Positions 1 to 11,825 of a stretch of DNA of 64,000 nucleotides are shown here, in pieces. Source of the stretch: Paraspadella gotoi (Eukaryota > Animalia > Chaetognatha); assembly GCA_051294375.1 (NCBI GenBank), contig CM119268.1, positions 1,695,486 through 1,759,485 on the forward strand, given 5' to 3'. The translations under genes and the position numbers were made by a program. Each line of letters begins with the position of its first letter. Position 1 is the first letter of the stretch. The notes under the pieces were generated by a model. The model ran no database searches. It was not told where the DNA came from and was given only the letters and a program-made list of their open reading frames with translations.

Positions 1-661
1 CCTCCATCTCGTTACTCCATTTCCTTTCTTCATATTTCGTTACTCCATTTTCTTTTTTCCATTTTGTTACTCCATTATCTTTTTTTTCCTTTCCTTTCCT
101 CCATCTCGTAACTCCATTTTCTTTTCCTTTTCGCCATCAAATTCTTCCTTCATTCTTTTAAACTTTTCCCTTTCTCCATTTTCTCAGTCCTCATCTTCTT
201 AATCTCCTCCCAAATCCCGACTTACTCCGACCCGTTTTATTTTTTTCTCTCTCTCGAAAAGGAGCGGGACTTTCCTCTCGTACGATTCGCTTCACAGTTT
301 TCTCTCCTTCAATTTAACAATCAATCCTGATTTTCACGGCTCGAATATTCACTGTGATTTGAATAATTCTTCATTCGCCTAAACGCCGCGTCAAGTCACG
401 ACCCATCTCGTTTCACAGTGAATTCTCATTCAGGGAGACGTCGTTCCCGTCATTTTGGCCCGTAACCCCGCCGGCCGTGACATTATCACTATTTTCTTTT
501 TTTTTTTCCAGAGTTCTCTCCCCCTCCCCATCGCCTAAGTTAAGTTATCCCTCCCCCCCACTAGTCTCGACGCCCATTAGGAAAATGACCCTGAGGTTTT
601 TCCTTCCTTCTTTCCGAGTTTCTCCCATTTTTTTATCCGACGGAAACAAAAGGGGCCGAGG

Positions 662-1060
662 ATTTAGGCCAAAAGATAGAGGAAGAATACCGAGAGAGAA
701 AGATCGGAGGGTTGGTCAATGGTCAGGAATGAGGCCAAAAAAGAGAGGAAGAATGCTGAGTGAGAAAGATCGAAGGGTTGGTCAATGGTCAGGATTGAGG
801 CCCAAAAAGAGATGAAGAATGCCGAGAGAGAAAGATCGAAGGGTTGGTCAATGGTCAGGATTGAGGCCAAAAAGGAGATGAAGAATGCCGAGAGAAAAAG
901 ATCGAAGGGTTGGTCAATGGTCAGGATTGAGGCCCAAAAAGAGATGAAGAATGCCGAGAGAGAAAGATCAGAGGGTTGGTCATTGGTCAGAATTGAGGCC
1001 AAAAAAGAGAGGAAGAATGCCAAGAAAGAAAATTCGGAGGGTTGGTCAATGGTCATCGGT
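662..1060. repeat. 66-bp tandem minisatellite, ~6 copies
   Basis: Unit aggccaaaaaagagaggaagaatgccgagagagaaagatcggagggttggtcaatggtcaggattg; aggcc recurs at ~666, 732, 798, 864, 930, 996. Explains ORFs 477-815, 664-1056 and 785-1114. Confidence 0.95.
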
Positions 1061-1571
1061 CAGGAATTTGGCATGATGTCTAAAAATATCGGCATGAAAC
1101 CGAATGCAAAGTAGTCTCATAGTAAAGTAACCAAAGTTTGTCAAAGGAGAAGGATGTCTTGTCAAAGGAAGAAGGGATGTCCACTGTCAAAGAGGAAGAG
1201 GGATGTCATTGTCAAAGGGAAAAGAAGGAATGTTTGTCAAAGAGAAGGAATGTGATCGAGATGTCAAAGATGTAGAGAAGGATGTCTTGTCAAAGGAGAA
1301 GGATGTCTCGATGGCCTCAAGACCTGGAAAGTATTTCCTAGTCGCCAAGCAGGATCGGTCCTTCCATTGTGGCCTAGCGGACCGAAACCATGTTGGCCAA
1401 GGAAAGTGTATCCACGAGGCCGAGAAGGGCAGAGACCCGGCCAAGGTTTCAACCTCGGTTTTGCCGATCGTAAAAAAAAAAATGGGAAAACGGAGTTGGA
1501 GGAAAAGAAGGAGAGATAAAGAGAGAGGAGAAAAAAAGTAGATAGAGAGAGAAAGAGAGAAAAGGAGAAAT

Positions 1572-1679
1572 GAAGGAAGGAAGGAAGGAAGGAAGGAAGG
1601 AAGGAAGGAAGGAAGGAAGGAAGGAAGGAAGGAAGGAAGGAAGGAAGGAAGGAAGGAAGGAAAGAAAAAAGAAGGGAAC

Positions 1680-1760
<81 letters not shown>
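1572..1760. repeat. (GGAA)n/(GAAA)n compound microsatellite
   Basis: Directly visible tetranucleotide runs. Confidence 0.95.
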
Positions 1761-2342
1761 GGAAGGTATCTCAAGAAACCCGCGTCATCCTGAGTAGGAA
1801 AAAAAAAACCTTAAATTTTCGAGATGTTGAGCCGCGTAACGAGAAATTAGAGACTTCGGCGTTACACTAGACCGAGATTTCCGTCTCCTTGGTTACGGGC
1901 GTCGTAAACAGGCGCCATCTTTCGCGCATAAATTGTATCCACAGCGAGGCGGGGCGAGGGGGGGGAGGAGCTAAGAGAGAGATGGGCGGAAGATAAAGGA
2001 TAGGAAGGATACAGATGGGGATCAGGGATACAGATAGGTGAATCAGTGCGGGAAGGGAAAACAGGCTGAATTAGAGGAGGAGAAGAAGAGAATGAGAATG
2101 CCTTCTAACAAGGAGAGAGAGAGAGGAGGAGACGAGAGAGAGAGAGAGAGAGAGAGAAGAGAGAGGAGAGAGAGAGAGAACGAAATACCGGCTGCTTCGC
2201 TTAAATTTACATAATTTTTTTCAACGACAAAAAAATGGGTTAATTATTCCCGCGATGGAATTTTTTTTCCCCTTCGACAACTTACCTTCGAAAACGCGAG
2301 GGTAAGGTCATTGTTCGCCCGAGAAAAGAAAAGGATTTTGAG

Positions 2343-3015
2343 GAAGATTCGGGTGCAAATTACTGTACAAAGGATCCATTTTGTACGAATACATTTTGTA
2401 CCATCTAGGAAAAAAAGTATATTATGGCAACAGCTGGGTTGCCTGTGATGCCCATTGGGATGGGGCATCTCACTGTTAGCTTTGGGGGCTTCCAACCCTC
2501 AGTGACGCCTCCAGTCACTGGCGCGGTTGCCCTAGGACGGTCTCGCTTTGCCAACGCAGAGGGAAGTCGTTAGGACTGTGAATGGAACACTACACTTGGG
2601 ATGGTGTGTTCCCCTTCTGAGCCAATGGATTTGGCTGAAGGATGGTGGACGTGAGGCGGTGTGAATATACCGCCACAATATCACATTTTTAGTAAAGGAT
2701 ATCTACTCAAAAACTTTTTCGATTTTAAAAAAAAATTAGAAGATTCGGGTGAGAATTATTGTACAAAGAATCCATTTTGTACAAATACATTTTGTACCAT
2801 CTAGATAAAAAAGTATATCACATTTTTAGTAGAGGATATCTACTCGAAAACTTTTTCGATTTTAAAAAAAAATTAAAAGATTCGGGTAAGAATTACTGTA
2901 CAAAGACTCCATTTTGTACGAATAAATTTTGTACCATCTAGGTAAAAAAGTATATCACATTTTTAGTAGAGGATATCTACTTGAAAACTTTTTCGATTTT
3001 AAAAAAAAATTAGAA
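2343..3015. repeat. 137-bp tandem repeat (~3 copies), first unit interrupted by a 255-bp insertion
   Basis: aagattcgggt recurs at ~2344, 2740, 2877. Units carry aaaagtatatcacat, the reverse complement of the Tc1-like end motif at 3504-3518. Confidence 0.9.
2423..2677. mobile_element. 255-bp hairpin-rich non-autonomous element (solo-LTR-like or Ginger/MITE-like), copy A
   Basis: Ends TATGGC...GCCACA (short imperfect inverted ends). ATAT is duplicated on both sides (2419-2422, 2678-2681); neighbouring 137-bp units show the empty site gt-atat-cac. Other copies at 38816-39061 and 50147-50407. Confidence 0.85.
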
Positions 3016-3329
3016 TGTTTTTAAATCTACATCAAACTTCCTTTCAGTAGATTCCTTTTATTTTTCTATAGGTCAAATCGTTTAGAAGTAACAGAAAAAT
3101 AAAGATCGCTACTTTAAATAAAAAATGACGAAAAAAATCATATTTATTTTTTTACTATTTTTGGTATTTAGTTATTTGATTTTATTTTGAATGGAGTTAA
3201 TTTTTTTTTTATTTGACAATGCTAAAGGCATTGCAACTCTTTTTGGTTAAAGAAAAAGGTCATTATACTTATTTTATTTATATAAGAAAAGAGGAAAAAA
3301 CGTGCAACATGAATATCGTAGCTGAAAAG

Positions 3330-3530
3330 AATTGCATTAAAGGTGTGGAAAACATTTCACTGTCATACCTTAAGTCGATGTACGAGAGCATGCCCAGACA
3401 AATGTAAGCAGTAGTCCATGCAGAGGGAGGGCATACAAAATATTAAGAATATTTCATGTTTTTTTATATTTTTTATTGAATTTAAATTAACTTTTCAATA
3501 ATTATGTGATATACTTTTCTCTGTTACTAT
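3330..3530 (+). mobile_element. Tc1/mariner transposase C-terminal remnant with probable right terminal repeat
   Basis: Translates (1 frameshift, 1 stop) to KVW-ENISLSYLKSMYESMPRQM*AVVHAEGGHTKY* ending at 3446, matching the Tc1 C-terminal pattern W..I......L..SMP.R..AV..A.GG.TKY. Followed by atgtgatatacttttctctgttacta-TA. Confidence 0.8.
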
Positions 3531-4260
3531 ATCTGGGTTTAGAGATAAGTGGAAAATGTTAAGAAATTCGGATGTTGGTTTAAAAGTTGAGCAACAACAA
3601 AAGTCGATGACACATCTTCAGGCATAACAGCAGCCATAGCAGCAGCACCTGCAGCCATCGCAGCAGCGACAGCAGTTTTCTTACCCTGAAGGAGCAAAGA
3701 GATTTACTCTTTTTGTGATTAAACCATAAAGAAAAATTATTTTGATGCTAGTGCAGAGCACAATATAGTATTCCCCGATCTAATACTTAAGGGAGTATTC
3801 CTTTTTAGAAAACTAAAATGACTCAGTTAAATACTTGAATAATGCCGCATTGAATAAGCGGTGATGTAATCGCACGGCGCGACTAAAAAATTCAAAAATA
3901 TAAAAATCTTTGCACTTTCCTTGAGTAACAATTTTGTATATATCAAACAGACATTCAAATTATTTAAATTTTTTTTTATTTTGAAATTTGAAAGAAAGCA
4001 AATTATTTTGAAGCTAAAAAATAAAAATTTATGTATTTGAGTACTCAGAGCCTTTAAAATTACAAATTCCGGCCAACTTTTCCCAAAAAATTTAGAAATT
4101 AATTAATTTATGTTTAAAAATTATAATAAAAGTAAGGGTTTGAGATTGTGATATGGATTAGAGTTAAGAATTAATTTAAGTATTAGGATTAGAGATTTAG
4201 GATTAGAGTTTATGGGTTTGGGCTATCGATCAGGTTAGGGTAAAGTGTTAAAATTAGGGA

Positions 4261-4547
4261 TTAGGTGGCTGGACAAGAGTCTCTAGCAAAATTTTCAGCC
4301 ATGATGGTGGCGCCCTTTAGTGCTTCCTCTTCAATCAGCGCCGTAGAAGGAAATGGTTGAGGGTCCATCATTGAACACCAGTGATAAATGGCATAGGAAG
4401 CAACATATAACCGAACCAAATGATCTTTGAAACGTGAAAACCTTTGTTTGTATTTTTCAGTGCAAAAAATATGTTCTAAAGCCTTGGCGAATTTTACAGG
4501 TCCGTGGACTATTAGACGTTGCAGCTGGTACAAGGCGATTTGAAAAT
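4261..4547 (-). CDS. Last exon of uncharacterised glycoprotein-like gene
   Basis: Acceptor ccctgcccag|ATTTTCAAATC; a phase-1 join gives ...NRLS-DFQIALYQLQRL...ARDSCPAT* (stop at 4261). 76-nt intron at 4548-4623. Confidence 0.75.
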
Positions 4548-4623
4548 CTGGGCAGGGAATTGGTTGAAGATAATAAGAGAACTTTATTATTATGAATATT
4601 TGCAAATTATGTAAATTGATTAC

Positions 4624-5906
4624 CTGACAAACGATTCCAAAAATTGAGTGTGAACATCGTTTTTTGGTTAAAATCATTTTCAACAATTAAGTTGCGAAAT
4701 CTATAAACAACTTTGTCAAGCAGTGCCAAGTGATCATGATACGGTTCGTCCAACTTAGCAAATTCAAGCTCATTTACTAATTCTTTAACGTCTGCCAAAT
4801 TGCTGATGTCTTTCAGTGATTGTACAATATCTGCTTCTTTTGCATCATATTCTTCCCGTATTTCATCAAAAATATTATTAAATACGTTTTTGATGGACGA
4901 AAGGTTAACCAAATTTGTAATCCCATTTCGATTCAAGCCTTGAGATAAAAGATATTTTGCTTCTTTAAAAGCAGATTCCATTGGAGAAGAGACAAGAAAA
5001 TCATTTATCTCACGGGAAAATAATTTTGCCTCAAACAGACCGGAAATGTTAAAAGTTTTCAAGAATTCTAAAGTCGGGAGAATAGGGGAGAATTCGCCTT
5101 GGCGATTTGATGGACGTTCACAGTAAACCAATAGATTGTAGCCAAAATGTCTTAAATGATTAATGAAAGAACAATGAGGTGCAATTTCAAAGCAACTGCC
5201 GCCCTCACATTTGGGTTTACATTTGAAATCCCCGAAATTGAATCCAGTACATTTTTCGTAGTCTGACGGACAAATTGAAAGTCCATATAGGATGACAGCC
5301 TTCAAAGTTATGGATCTTAGGAGTCGGTTTTCAGTCTGTTGACCTCTCAAAATTTCACCAGCGTCTCGTATGCTGAAAATATTTTGAAGAGCGACAAAAA
5401 AACGAATTCTTGCGCGAATTAAAGCTGAACAGTTAAGGCTGCGATCTGGGTTGTTGTCGTTTTCTTTGATCAAGGAAAGAATCTCAACTAACATCTGAGT
5501 TTCATTCAATCTCGTTTCATTTGATATCTCGATGGACAATTCCTCTGCCTCTCGTAAAACGATCAACTTCTCCTTCGGAAAACCTAAACTCTCCAGTTCT
5601 TCGTCAGAGGCTGCGGCGTCTTTAAGTTCAAGACGGACGGCGTCAAATATTCTGGTCAAATTAGAGACATCTGCAGTCGTGTTTGAGAAGAGTCGTTCGA
5701 ACAGATAGAGAAGGAGACGATTCTCGCTTTGCCAAATCGAAGCTTCCATCAGCCTCGATGCGTCGGACCTAAATTTTCCCCGCGAGAGAATTTTCGGCAG
5801 CAGCGATTCGAGAGTCTCCAACGTCTGTTTAAAGTTTTGGGTGAGATTCAAGTCAAAGCCGGACCTCCAGTTTCGGCGAGTGGCGTTCAACCAATCTGAA
5901 GAGTTG
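4624..5906 (-). CDS. Large internal exon (~427 aa) of uncharacterised glycoprotein-like gene
   Basis: Long non-repetitive ORF with acceptor tttttttccgcacag| at 5907 and donor TCAG|gtaatc at 4623. About 10 N-x-S/T sequons and a Cys cluster CPSDYEKC..FKCKPKCEGGSC..HC. Confidence 0.8.
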
Positions 5907-6091
5907 CTGTGCGGAAAAAAATTTTGAAATTAGTTTCTGCTCTACTGGTTGTTAGACTCTTTAATCTAAAGTTTAAAGATAAAACATTAAGTCCAATGCG
6001 TAATTAGGGTATATTGAAAAATATACAAAAATATATTTCATAATTAATTTATTCGCATTAAAAGTATTTTAGTATTTTGATTTGTCCTTAC

Positions 6092-6171
6092 CCACGAGAG
6101 CGTTTCCGATTCGGCGGGTGGCAGAGGGAAGAAGTTCCAACGAACTTAATTAAAGCATCGTTTCCTTCAAC
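6092..6171 (-). CDS. 80-nt upstream exon of the same gene (further 5' exons not identified)
   Basis: ttttcttag|GTTGAAGG...CTCGTGG|gtaagg; open frame VEGNDALIKFVGTSSLCHPPNRKRSRG joins in phase 2 to NSSDWLNATRRNW. Confidence 0.65.
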
Positions 6172-7509
6172 CTAAGAAAAAATTATGTTTGATTTAATTT
6201 TAAGAATGTCCAGTAAAATGTATACAAATCTTAGAAACAGATAATTCAATGATTTTATGACAATGACATAAACAGAAACTGATTTTTGTTTATACAAAAC
6301 AATTAGTCGGTGAAAAATTGAAAAATATCACAGACGCAGTTGAATATTTGTAAAACTGTATTTACCTGCGTAATATTTAGTATTAAAGCAGTAAAAAAGT
6401 ATCCGAAAAAAATATTTTTTAAAATTGCCATTTTTCAGGAATCGAACTATAATGACCATGTGAAAAATAATTTAGGGATTTTCAGGGAATAAGAAAACGA
6501 AAATAGTCTTAAATTAAATTATTTTGAAACCCGCATGAACTTTGTTGTATATAAAATAAATTAAACCAGAATAAATTCTCATTCCATGACTAGTTTGTTC
6601 AATCAAAATAAACCCGATGTAGTGTTTGTCTTAACCGCTTATTTATATTAAAATTCGTCTTGTTTGTTTTTATATAATGAAAACATTTAAACGCTCACAT
6701 ATAAAGCTATCGTGACATTTGTTTGTTTTGTTTTTATTCGAATCGACGTCGCCTAGTGAGTCACTAGAAAATAGAATCGCGGTGAAACAAAAGAGCATAG
6801 TAATTTGAAACTCATTGTCTTTTGAAAACTCAATAGAGTCGGAATCTAATGATAAGCAGATCCGACTAATAAAAATAATAATAATAAAAATTATTTTTTG
6901 TCTATGTTTTATTGAAATAAAAAAAAAGAATAGTAAATATTTTGTGACAAGGGACGGCTCTCGGTTTTGATTCTATTACTGAAGGGAAAAGCACTGTCTC
7001 TGTCTGTCTCTCTCTCTTTCTCTCTCTTTCTCTCTCTCTCTCTCTGAAGTCACGGCCGGCGGAAATAGTCGGCACCGAGATGGCAGCTACGACCGTCTTG
7101 CTTTGTCCGGTACGACTTTGGTCAAAGCCGTAGGGGTTGCTTTGTCCATCGGTCATAACCCACGGGCGAATCAGAAAATAGGGAAATAGAAAAAAAACTC
7201 GTTAAAGTTTCGTCACCTCAATACAATCTAATCAATACAATCTAATCAACTTGAAACACAGAGAGAGATTCTCTACCCCTCTCCCCCTCACAAAAAAAAA
7301 GAAAATTTTCATCTCCCAAGTAATAAAGATCCATCGCGAGCGACACGGATTTTCCAACATTCGAGACGACACCTCCCCTCTCTCTCTCTCTCCCTCTCTC
7401 TCTCTCTCTCCCCTCCTTCTCTCCACTCCCCCTTCTCCGGGGTCGAGATTAGAATTTTCGTCACGTCTTTCGCTCCAGAGACTTCGTTAAAAATTCCCCT
7501 CAAAAACTC

Positions 7510-7965
7510 GTTCCTCCTCTTCCCCCTCTTCCTACTCCTCTTCCTTCTCCTCTTCCTTCTCCTCTTCCTTCTCCTCTTCCTTATACTCTTCCTTCTTCTC
7601 TTCCTTCTTTTCTTCCTACTCCTCTTCCTTCTCTTCTTCCTTCCCCTCTTCCTTCTCCTCTTCCTTCTCCTCTTCCTTCTCCTCNNNNNNNNNNNNNNNN
7701 NNNNNNNNNNNNNNNNNNNNNNNNNNNNNNNNNNNNNNNNNNNNNNNNNNNNNNNNNNNNNNNNNNNNNNNNNNNNNNNNNNNNNNNNNNNNNNNNNNNN
7801 NNNNNNNNNNNNNNNNNNNNNNNNNNTTCTTTTCTTCTTACTCCTCTTCCTTCTCCTCTTCCTTCCCCTCTTCCTTCTTCTCTTCCTAATCCTCTTCCTT
7901 CTCCTCTTCTTTCTCCTCGTCCTTCTCCTCTTCCTTCTCCTCTTCCTCCTCTTCCTTCTCTCTTT
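7510..7965. repeat. Pyrimidine-rich (CTTCTCCTCTTC)n low-complexity repeat spanning an N gap
   Basis: Visible 12-mer-based repeat; explains the poly-RK ORF 7309-7983. Confidence 0.9.
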
Positions 7966-8203
7966 TCCTCTTTGGGTTTTCACTTCTTTTTTTCTTCACC
8001 AAAAAAAAAAATCACAGTCGCTTCGATAAGAGTTCACGGTTCACGTGGTCAATCACGCGGGGGATTTAGTTTGGAGCTGAAAGGATAAATTATTATTTTG
8101 TTATTATTAATGAAAAATAAAAAAGTTGCCCGTCAATATTGATGCTAGGTGTGTCAGGAGAGAGAGAGAGAAAGAGAGACAGACAGACAGATACACACAC
8201 ACA

Positions 8204-8236
<33 letters not shown>

Positions 8237-8319
8237 GTTGTTGTCCTTATCATTATTGTACGATACAAAGAGAGCCTCACTCATTCCTCTGAAGAATGAG
8301 CCATTAGAACATAAGCCTT

Positions 8320-9379
8320 NNNNNNNNNNNNNNNNNNNNNNNNNNNNNNNNNNNNNNNNNNNNNNNNNNNNNNNNNNNNNNNNNNNNNNNNNNNNNNNNN
8401 NNNNNNNNNNNNNNNNNNNNNNNNNNNNNNNNNNNNNNNNNNNNNNNNNNNNNNNNNNNNNNNNNNNNNNNNNNNNNNNNNNNNNNNNNNNNNNNNNNNN
8501 NNNNNNNNNNNNNNNNNNNNNNNNNNNNNNNNNNNNNNNNNNNNNNNNNNNNNNNNNNNNNNNNNNNNNNNNNNNNNNNNNNNNNNNNNNNNNNNNNNNN
8601 NNNNNNNNNNNNNNNNNNNNNNNNNNNNNNNNNNNNNNNNNNNNNNNNNNNNNNNNNNNNNNNNNNNNNNNNNNNNNNNNNNNNNNNNNNNNNNNNNNNN
8701 NNNNNNNNNNNNNNNNNNNNNNNNNNNNNNNNNNNNNNNNNNNNNNNNNNNNNNNNNNNNNNNNNNNNNNNNNNNNNNNNNNNNNNNNNNNNNNNNNNNN
8801 NNNNNNNNNNNNNNNNNNNNNNNNNNNNNNNNNNNNNNNNNNNNNNNNNNNNNNNNNNNNNNNNNNNNNNNNNNNNNNNNNNNNNNNNNNNNNNNNNNNN
8901 NNNNNNNNNNNNNNNNNNNNNNNNNNNNNNNNNNNNNNNNNNNNNNNNNNNNNNNNNNNNNNNNNNNNNNNNNNNNNNNNNNNNNNNNNNNNNNNNNNNN
9001 NNNNNNNNNNNNNNNNNNNNNNNNNNNNNNNNNNNNNNNNNNNNNNNNNNNNNNNNNNNNNNNNNNNNNNNNNNNNNNNNNNNNNNNNNNNNNNNNNNNN
9101 NNNNNNNNNNNATGATGGCGCCGGTGAGAATCGAGAGGCGGCGCGGGCAAATCGGAACGCCGCCGCTGAAGCCGACGCCCCCGTTAGAACACCGAATCCC
9201 GTCGGTCNNNNNNNNNNNNNNNNNNNNNNNNNNNNNNNNNNNNNNNNNNNNNNNNNNNNNNNNNNNNNNNNNNNNNNNNNNNNNNNNNNNNNNNNNNNNN
9301 NNNNNNNNNNNNNNNNNNNNNNNNNNNNNNNNNNNNNNNNNNNNNNNNNNNNNNNNNNNNNNNNNNNNNNNNNNNNNNN
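8320..9379. other. Scaffold gaps (N runs 8320-9111 and 9208-9379) with a 96-bp GC-rich island between them
   Basis: N characters. Smaller gaps also at ~7685, 10549, 22459, 26738, 27366, 28331. Confidence 0.98.
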
Positions 9380-10399
9380 CCTTTTTTTTTTCTCTATCTT
9401 CAGCTGGAAATCTGTCTCCTTTATAAACCAGCGAAGTATGTATAACTATTTCCGAAACTACAAATTTATCATCACCTGAATCAAAACGACAGATCCATCT
9501 TTCTAAGAAACGGCAAATCCTTCTCTTAAACTGACAAATCCTTCACCAATGACCCGGCAAATTTGTTGTTCACTGTTTCTTTGTGTTTTTTATTCTCTTC
9601 ATACGTCTTTTGCCTTAATTTTTTCTTCTCTTTTTTTTTTTTTTTTTTTCAATAAATCTAAAATATCTTTACGTTTTTTTTTGACTGAATTGAAAAGTAG
9701 GTATTACCAGGTTTAATTTTAAGTACGATTGTTTTTTGCGTATGATTGATTTTTTATATATTTACGGGTTTGGCATCACTTTTTTCTCTGGCCTTTCTTC
9801 CGTCTCATTTCTTGCTGTTTCCTCTGCATCAATTGCGTCGACGATCGCTTTCATTATTCTTTCTCGTCATAGTGGCAGTAGAATAAAAAATAAGAACTTT
9901 CTCTTTCTGCAAAAAAATGAAAGGGGAAAAAGTGGTGTTACCGGTGAAAAGTTTTTAAAACTCAAATAAAAAATTTTGGAAATTGAAAAAAAATTCAGAA
10001 AAAAGAATAAAGAAAGATAAAAATACGCGAACTTGTTCATTAGATAATTTAGGAGATTGCGGCAGAGTCTGACCGCATTGTTTTTCCGAAAAAAATTTTT
10101 TTTTAATATTTTTTTTGCGTTTCCAAGATTTGGCCATTTCATCTTTTGTACTTTTTCTATGAAGTGTAAGAATTTTTAAAAAAGGGACGCTCAGACTTAG
10201 AATTCAGGTGAGGATATTGGAACCAAAAAATGATGACCTCCGTCACTCCGCTTTGCGGACTGGGAATTCAAAGAAATTTTCATTGGTGAACCTCTATTAT
10301 CTCGCTTTCGCGAAAATGATAAGAGGCTGCGGTTTTCCGACGTTCTAAAAGTAGAAAATTAGCTCTGAACTAATGAATACTAGGCCGCAAAATTACCTC

Positions 10400-10885
10400 T
10401 CCCTATAAACTGACAAATCCTTCCCCATTGACCCGCAATCCTTCTCCTCTTAACTGACAATCCTTCCCATTGACCCGGCAAATCCTTCTCCTCTTAAACT
10501 GAAAAATCCTTCCCCATTGACCCGCAAATTCCTTCTCCTCATTAAAACNNNNNNNNNNNNNNNNNNNNNNNNNCCTTCTCCTCTTAAAACTGACAAATCC
10601 TTTCACCAAGACCCGGCAAATCCTGTCTCTCTCTTAAACCTGACACCAATCCTTCACCAATGACCGGCAAAATCCTTCTCCTCCTAAACTGACAAATCCT
10701 TCCCCATTGACCCGCAATCCTTCTCCTCTTAACTGAACAATCCTTCCCATTGACCCGGCAAATCCTTCTCCTCTTAAACTGACAAATCCTTCCCCATTGA
10801 CCGCAAATCCTTCTCCTCTTAACTGAAAATCCTTCCCACTTGAAAATCCTTCCAGACAATCCTTCCCCATTGACCGGCAAATCCT
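10400..10885. repeat. ~45-bp tandem minisatellite
   Basis: Unit aaactgacaaatccttccccattgacccg(g)caaatccttctcctctt, ~10 copies; single units also at ~9510-9560 and 17286-17325. Confidence 0.9.
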
Positions 10886-10959
10886 CCTCGGGTCGAAAAA
10901 ACTCGAGGGGAAAATGAATCGAATCGAATTCGAGCGACGAAGGTCGGAGTCACACCGCC

Positions 10960-11235
10960 CTCGGTGCCAGCGTTACGCCCGCAGTGCCAGCACCGGCCCC
11001 TCGTGCCAGCGTTACGTCCTGCAGTGCCAGCACCGCGCCTCGGTGCCAGCGTTTCACCCGCAGTGCCAGCACTGTCCACTGTGCCAGCCTTACGCCCCAC
11101 AGTGCAAACCTACTCGCCTCGGTGCCAGCCTTACGCGCCCGCAGTGCCAGCACCGCCTTAGGTGCCAGCGTTACGCCTCGCTGTGCAGCACGCCCCTTGG
11201 ATGCCAGCAGCGTGCCTCGCAGTGCCAGCAGGCCC
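10960..11235. repeat. 40-bp (2 x 20-bp) GC-rich minisatellite with GTGCCAGC core
   Basis: cggtgccagcgttacgccccgcagtgccagcaccgcccct repeated ~7 times; cleaner copy at 17400-17672. Confidence 0.9.
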
Positions 11236-11825
11236 ATCAACCCTTCGCGCCGAGAAATCATTTAAAAAAAGCGATGAGAAATTCCAATGCGGCATAATAC
11301 GTTGACATACTGAGTCAATTTTAGATACCTAATACCATGTAAAAATGTAACAATGTAATAGGCAGACTGGTAAGGTAGTATAGTAAATGCTTCTAATGCA
11401 AAACGTTTCAATACTTTACCACGCAGAACATACGGCCACGTGATCAGAAAGTGAATGCGCCCATGTTTCGTGTGATATTTAGTTGTTTTACTAAATATCA
11501 GAGAAATAATTAACCATAAGACGCTTCATCTCGAAAGTCATTGATGGCTCAACACTCACAGCTTGTACTTGGCCGTTCTTCATTCCATCTCTACATCTTT
11601 CCCTCCCCCCCCGAAGCCCCCCCCCTCCCTCTTTCACCCAAATTCTTCCAGCCCGGGCGCTAATCTCGGGCGACCGGAAACCATTTGACGTCGGCCTCGA
11701 TAGATGGCGCCCTTTTTAATTTTTTTTTTCGGGGGGCAGGCGGTGAGGGAGGGGGGGTTTAGACCCCGGTCCTTCGTTCCCCTCCCCCAATCGAAATACT
11801 TTTTTTTTTTGAAACCCCAACGTCG

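Noticed and set aside
477-1797. Several 100-195 aa ORFs
   Set aside because: Translations of the 66-bp minisatellite and GGAA/GAAA microsatellites.
3540-3720. Gln-rich reading RDKWKMLRN...QQHLQPSQQRQQF
   Set aside because: Two in-frame stops and no consistent splice structure; at most a decayed fragment.
4607-4686. Overlapping ORFs suggesting a programmed frameshift
   Set aside because: Fully explained by a canonical 76-nt GT-AG intron at 4548-4623.
8139-9479. 446-aa and 289-aa ORFs
   Set aside because: Made almost entirely of N gap.
10960-11235. Regularly spaced GTGCCAGC cores resembling a CRISPR or iteron array
   Set aside because: The spacers are themselves repeated (40-bp period); eukaryotic context and no cas genes.
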